Positions 37,262 through 41,563 of a DNA stretch of 41,563 nt are shown one piece after another. Where the stretch lies: NCBI GenBank assembly GCA_020536535.1, contig JAHLWZ010000357.1, positions 1-41,563 of the forward strand, given 5' to 3'. The notes under the pieces are model-generated. The model was not told where the DNA came from, made no database searches, and worked only from the letters and a program-made list of their open reading frames with translations. The position numbers were made by a program, and so were the translations under genes. The stretch is from Pelomyxa schiedti (taxonomy: Eukaryota > Protista > Evosea). Position 1 is the first letter of the stretch, and each line of letters begins with the position of its first letter.

Positions 37262-38839
37262 TCAGAACAAGAAGGAGGTGTCAGTGCAATAGCGGCATTC
37301 CTTCTTGCGTGACTCCCCGTTGCACGTGATCACAGCCACTTTGGTACCAGACTCGAAATCACTGACTACCACGCTGGCGCCGTCGGCAGTGAGGTGGAAC
37401 AGGAACCCACAATGCCCAAACACCGCCTGGATCTGGTCATATCTGAACTCAACAACCCGGAGTGGACGTGTTGGCAGGTTGCAGTCCCACAACTCCCATG
37501 TACAGGGTGGCGGAGGTTCATATGTTGTGCTTTGGTGGCCACAGTACGAAACGCAGAACAGCCTCTCACTCAATTGCGACACTTCCAGCCTCAAAGTGCG
37601 GTACTCTGACACGTGTAACAAGGATTCCTTGCACGCCTCGTTGTTATGGCACAGAGACTTGCACTCCAGCACTGAATGCGAAGACTCGGCATACTGAAAA
37701 ACCAAAGTAGGGAACTGATGGCACAAAGCGGCGACGAATACTCTCCTTTTGGATTCTGTGTTGTGCATAACCAGCCAGTTCGTCGGATCAAAAGTGGGGT
37801 AGCTTTCACTGAAGTACACACGGCACAGCGTCGTACTTATGGCTATTCTCTCCACTGTGCTCCCGTCTGTGTCGACACACGACCAGAGCTGTGGAAGGCT
37901 GACAACATACACTTGCAGGGTCTGATACCGCCGAATGAACGAAACAAACAGGGCCTCATCGCAGTGATACTCGTCCAGGAAAATCCCAGCCCAGTTCGCA
38001 GTTGCGGATAGTACAACTTTGGCTGACTCTTGTTCCGGCTGCTGTTGATTGGGAGTGCCCTCACCAGCGCCGTTATGTTGCCTCTGTTGTTTGGCCAAAA
38101 GCAGGTTCACGATTATCAACCTCTTTGAGCAAAATTCTCGTATTATCAGCCACTTGCGATTGGATAAAATCCTGCTTCGATTACAGCACACAAGAGCCCT
38201 TCCACCCAGTGACAACGCGATACCCCCGTCGTGATTACATCCCACAATGGAGCTTGTTGGCGGCTCCACCACCCTCAGTGTGCTCCCGGAGCCGCAGAAA
38301 CACTCATAAGGTGGTGCAGAAAAGGCTGGCTCCCCAACCCGCTCGATCACATGGCCGCCGTTGGCCCCGACAAACTCCAGCGCGGCGTACCCGCGCAAGA
38401 GGAGCCCGCCGGTGTCCCGCACCCGCTGCCGAGTGTGGCCCGGCCACACCCCCAGGGTGCCCCTCGACACCGTGAGCGCGACCAGGGCCTCGTGCACGGG
38501 CGCCTCCCAGATGGAGTCTTCCCCAAACCTGCTGGCAGATTCCCAGGTGTTTAGCACGCGGCGGTTCGCGAGGCGCAGGGCGACGCGCGCGAGGGGGGCC
38601 TGGCGCAGCACCCAGTCCCACACGAGCCTGACGCCCAGCGCCGCGCCCTCGTCGCCGGTCCCTGCGCCGCGGCCGCGGGGTGTCCAGCGGGGCCAGTGGC
38701 GAGTGACGAAGCTGGCGGTGGGGCCGAGGCTGCAGCGAGGGTGGGCGAGCATGCACAGAGCGAGGAATTGTGCGGAGAGGTCGAGTGCTGGCGTGATGGT
38801 GCACACTGGAAGCGCGGTGTGTGTTGGTTGCCGCAACAT
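37262..38839 (-). CDS. Intronless ~525-aa protein, same family (paralog B)
   Basis: Uninterrupted ORF. The ATG at 38839 (MLRQPTH) aligns with the start of paralog A, although the ORF track extends to 38950. Confidence 0.85.
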   Translation of the reverse strand: MLRQPTHTALPVCTITPALDLSAQFLALCMLAHPRCSLGPTASFVTRHWPRWTPRGRGAGTGDEGAALGVRLVWDWVLRQAPLARVALRLANRRVLNTWESASRFGEDSIWEAPVHEALVALTVSRGTLGVWPGHTRQRVRDTGGLLLRGYAALEFVGANGGHVIERVGEPAFSAPPYECFCGSGSTLRVVEPPTSSIVGCNHDGGIALSLGGRALVCCNRSRILSNRKWLIIREFCSKRLIIVNLLLAKQQRQHNGAGEGTPNQQQPEQESAKVVLSATANWAGIFLDEYHCDEALFVSFIRRYQTLQVYVVSLPQLWSCVDTDGSTVERIAISTTLCRVYFSESYPTFDPTNWLVMHNTESKRRVFVAALCHQFPTLVFQYAESSHSVLECKSLCHNNEACKESLLHVSEYRTLRLEVSQLSERLFCVSYCGHQSTTYEPPPPCTWELWDCNLPTRPLRVVEFRYDQIQAVFGHCGFLFHLTADGASVVVSDFESGTKVAVITCNGESRKKECRYCTDTSFLF

Positions 38840-39016
38840 GTTTGTTTTTGCCACGGCACCACAAGCACACTTTTTGGTGCCGAAAATGATTCTTCGGGAA
38901 GGAAAAATCGCAGAACGAGATTTTTCGTGTATCACGTGCCCCAAAGGCACGGTTACCTTTGGCTCAGCAAAAACTGTACAACTTTTTGGGACAGAAAGGA
39001 ATTTCTTGTTTACAGT

Positions 39017-41563
39017 TTACAGTTTTCGGTCTTCTTGGGCAGGTGGTGTGTTGGTTGTTGTAGATGCAGGAGATGTAGTAGCAGCAGCAGCCCTGAACGG
39101 CGTGAGCCTCTCGCACATAGCCTCCACGGGGCCCACTGCCCCCGAGGCACTCAGCCTCTTTGCCCTGCCACACTCGTGGATCAGCTTCTTCATCGGCACC
39201 TGGCACCCGCCGCCGCAGCCGCCGCAGACGGCGTCGCGCATGTCGGGGGTGAGGTCGGGCCTGAGGGCCAGCAGGGCCGCCGCGAGCTCCCCGGGCCCCG
39301 TCACGCACGGCACGTCGACGACGGCGTCCCAGGCGTCGTGGAGCATGGCCCCCAGGTCGTCCATGACGCCGCCCGACGTCGTGATCGTGCCGACGACGAG
39401 CAGCCGGCGGCCCTGCGGCGGCTGCTTCCTGACGAGCACGAGCAGAAGCTGCAACAGCGTGTTGGAGAACCGCGGCCCAATCGACGTGTACTCTGCATTA
39501 TGGGATTAGTGGATGGCGGAATTAGTGGGGGTGATTTGGGTGGAATTTGTATTTTTAGTTGGCAATTTTGTTTGTAGGAAATGTAATTATATACCTATGA
39601 GACGCTCAAAGTCGTCTATAACAATCACTGAGAAAGGGGTGCGGTAAGAGTCTTCAAAGACTTTGTGGATTCGGGCACACTTGATTGATTCGGGGTAGCC
39701 AGCTTGGTTTTCTGCACTGAGTAATTTGATGTAACTGAAACAAGCGGTTAAGGAGGTGGCAATCAGGAGAAAGGGAGGCTTACGAGAATCCGCTGTTACG
39801 AGCTATTTGAGTAGCGAGGGCAGTTTTCCCGGAGCCAGCAGACCCTCGGAGCAGTAGAGATATGAGTGGAGTTTGTGTGTTCTCCTCTACCAATTGCTCT
39901 ACTAGCAACTTACCAGTCTCAAGCACTAGAGGGAAAACTTAGTTAGAAATAGAGAAAATTGATGTTGTACACAGTACCGGCACGACAAGCGGGCCCGTAA
40001 TCTATGATTCCATTTGGGGCACATCTCTCAAACTCATCTTCAGCAACACCAAATGCAGGCTTGATTTGCTTCATGGAGGCTTCAAAGTGATCTTTTTTTA
40101 CAGCTACCGTTCGAGGGTCCAGGGGCGCAGACAGGTTTTGTGGGTCTACATGCTCATCCATAGCATATGTGCAGGCATTCCTAACTATTCCCTCCAGTTC
40201 AGCACCGCTGTAGTATGGATAGATTTATATTAGTGTCCACACCGAAATACTGGTGGGCAATACCTCCAGTTTTTAGTTCTCTTTGCCAAGTCATTCAGGT
40301 CGACATCAGGAGAAAGGTATCCCTCGGACTTCATCAGCCCAGTGTGAATGCGGAGAATCTGAAGCCTCCCAGGTTCATCAGGCAAGCCTATCTCGATTTT
40401 CACCTCAAGCCGCCCTGGCCTGGTCAGAGCTTCATCGATCAAATCCAGTCTGTTGGTCATGCCGATTAAAAGGATGTTGTTCAGCTGATTCACGCCATCA
40501 AGTTTCGCCAGAAGTTGATTGACAATGCTGTCTCCCACATTTGTACCCCCAGTGGCACCACTGCCTCTAGCCCGGCATATAGAATCTAATTCATCTATGA
40601 CAATGACGTGAAGTTCGGCGTCATCCCCGTTCCGCCTAAAGAAAATCATTGAGGAAGTGAACACACAAGGGGAAAACATACTCGAAGTCCGCTTCAGCTT
40701 CTGCAAAGAGTTCTCTGATATTTTCTTCAGACTTGCCAACATACTTGTTTAACATCTCTAAATATGAGTGAGAGGATATAAGAGCTGCAAGAGTAAAAAA
40801 CCTGGTCCCGATTTTACGATTGGCTCCTTCCCATTGAACATTTTCCCAATTTGTCTTGCGATCAGCGTTTTTCCAGTGCCTGGAGGACCGTAGAGAATGA
40901 TGCCCTTCACATGTTTCTGACCAAGACTCTTAGTCATGAAATGTGACCCAAAAAGGCGCGGCACAAATGCCCGTCGAAATATTTCATTGAATTCTCTCTC
41001 CAGACCACCGATTCCCAAAGCACATGCATCAAGAATGTTCCTCTTGAACTCTATTCGGTTCCCAGGGGTTGTGCTGATCAATGTAAGGATATCACGATTA
41101 AGAAAGGAAGGTAACCTGCTGGAATCGGTGACTTTCATTGTGGAGGTTGCAGCTCGTTTTATCTCTATGATGGTGCAACGAGATAAAATTGCTCTCCCAA
41201 CTTCAACTCCTAAAATCTTAGAGCCGTCAGGGTTAACAGTTTCCACACGAGCAGGTGAAGCGGTTGTTGTGGACGGAGTTAGAAGTTCACTCTTCTTTGG
41301 GGGTGAGGGGCTCATTGGAGACGTGAGAGTGGCCCAATCAACAGCACGAATATTTGCCACTTTGAATTTCACATTCGCTCCAGCAGGTTAGAATGAAGGC
41401 CAATCTTGGTTGCAGGAAGTTACTGAAAAGTGGAAATGAGAGAATATAGAAATACCGTCTGTTCCCTTGATACAAACTGCTTTAAGAGTGAGTTTGTCAC
41501 CAAGTCCTTGAGCTGCGAAGCATCCACTGGTGGGTAGTCCTTTCTGGCTGCCATCCAATCCAC
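39017..41563 (-). CDS. NSF: Vesicle-fusing ATPase NSF/Sec18, 5' end outside the window, multi-exon
   Basis: [92 protein letters not shown] and [16 protein letters not shown] are present. D2 shows [11 protein letters not shown] and IGPRFSN. Confidence 0.93.

Noticed and set aside
32442-38950. Transposon or endogenous virus as the source of the intronless genes
   Set aside because: I recognised no transposase, RT, integrase or capsid motifs, terminal repeats or TSDs within the window.
33322-39577. Many overlapping alternative-frame ORFs in GC-rich patches (e.g. 33397-34005, 38361-39509, 38696-39577)
   Set aside because: These are expected from stop-codon scarcity in high-GC sequence overlapping real genes.

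Overview
Gene-dense eukaryotic genomic DNA with many short (mostly ~40-55 nt) GT-AG introns. By inference it is an amoebozoan, possibly an archamoeba such as Pelomyxa; this is not verifiable here. Left to right: the 5' end of a secreted-protein gene (-), a shortened ADF/cofilin-like gene (-), Spt4 (+), NVL/Rix7 AAA ATPase (+), a ~2,490-aa repeat protein built from (KADV)n / GLKLGLG / KKSGSKSSS modules (-), a TTC39/Iml2-family TPR protein (-), a Pro-rich TKL-type kinase fused to an Ig/MSP-like domain and a degenerate RhoGAP (+), tRNA-Glu(TTC) (+), a GH38 alpha-mannosidase (-; its apparent internal duplication is an assembly bubble of two alleles), PIG-B GPI mannosyltransferase (-), a ~6.5-kb accessory block with two intact intronless paralogs of an unrecognised family, relics of that family and a broken kinase-like gene, and the 3' part of an NSF/Sec18 gene (-). 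The strongest novelty candidates are the giant ionic-complementary repeat protein, the kinase/pseudo-RhoGAP fusion, the intronless family and the internally shortened cofilin. Exon structures were read by eye and protein family calls are from motif recognition only.
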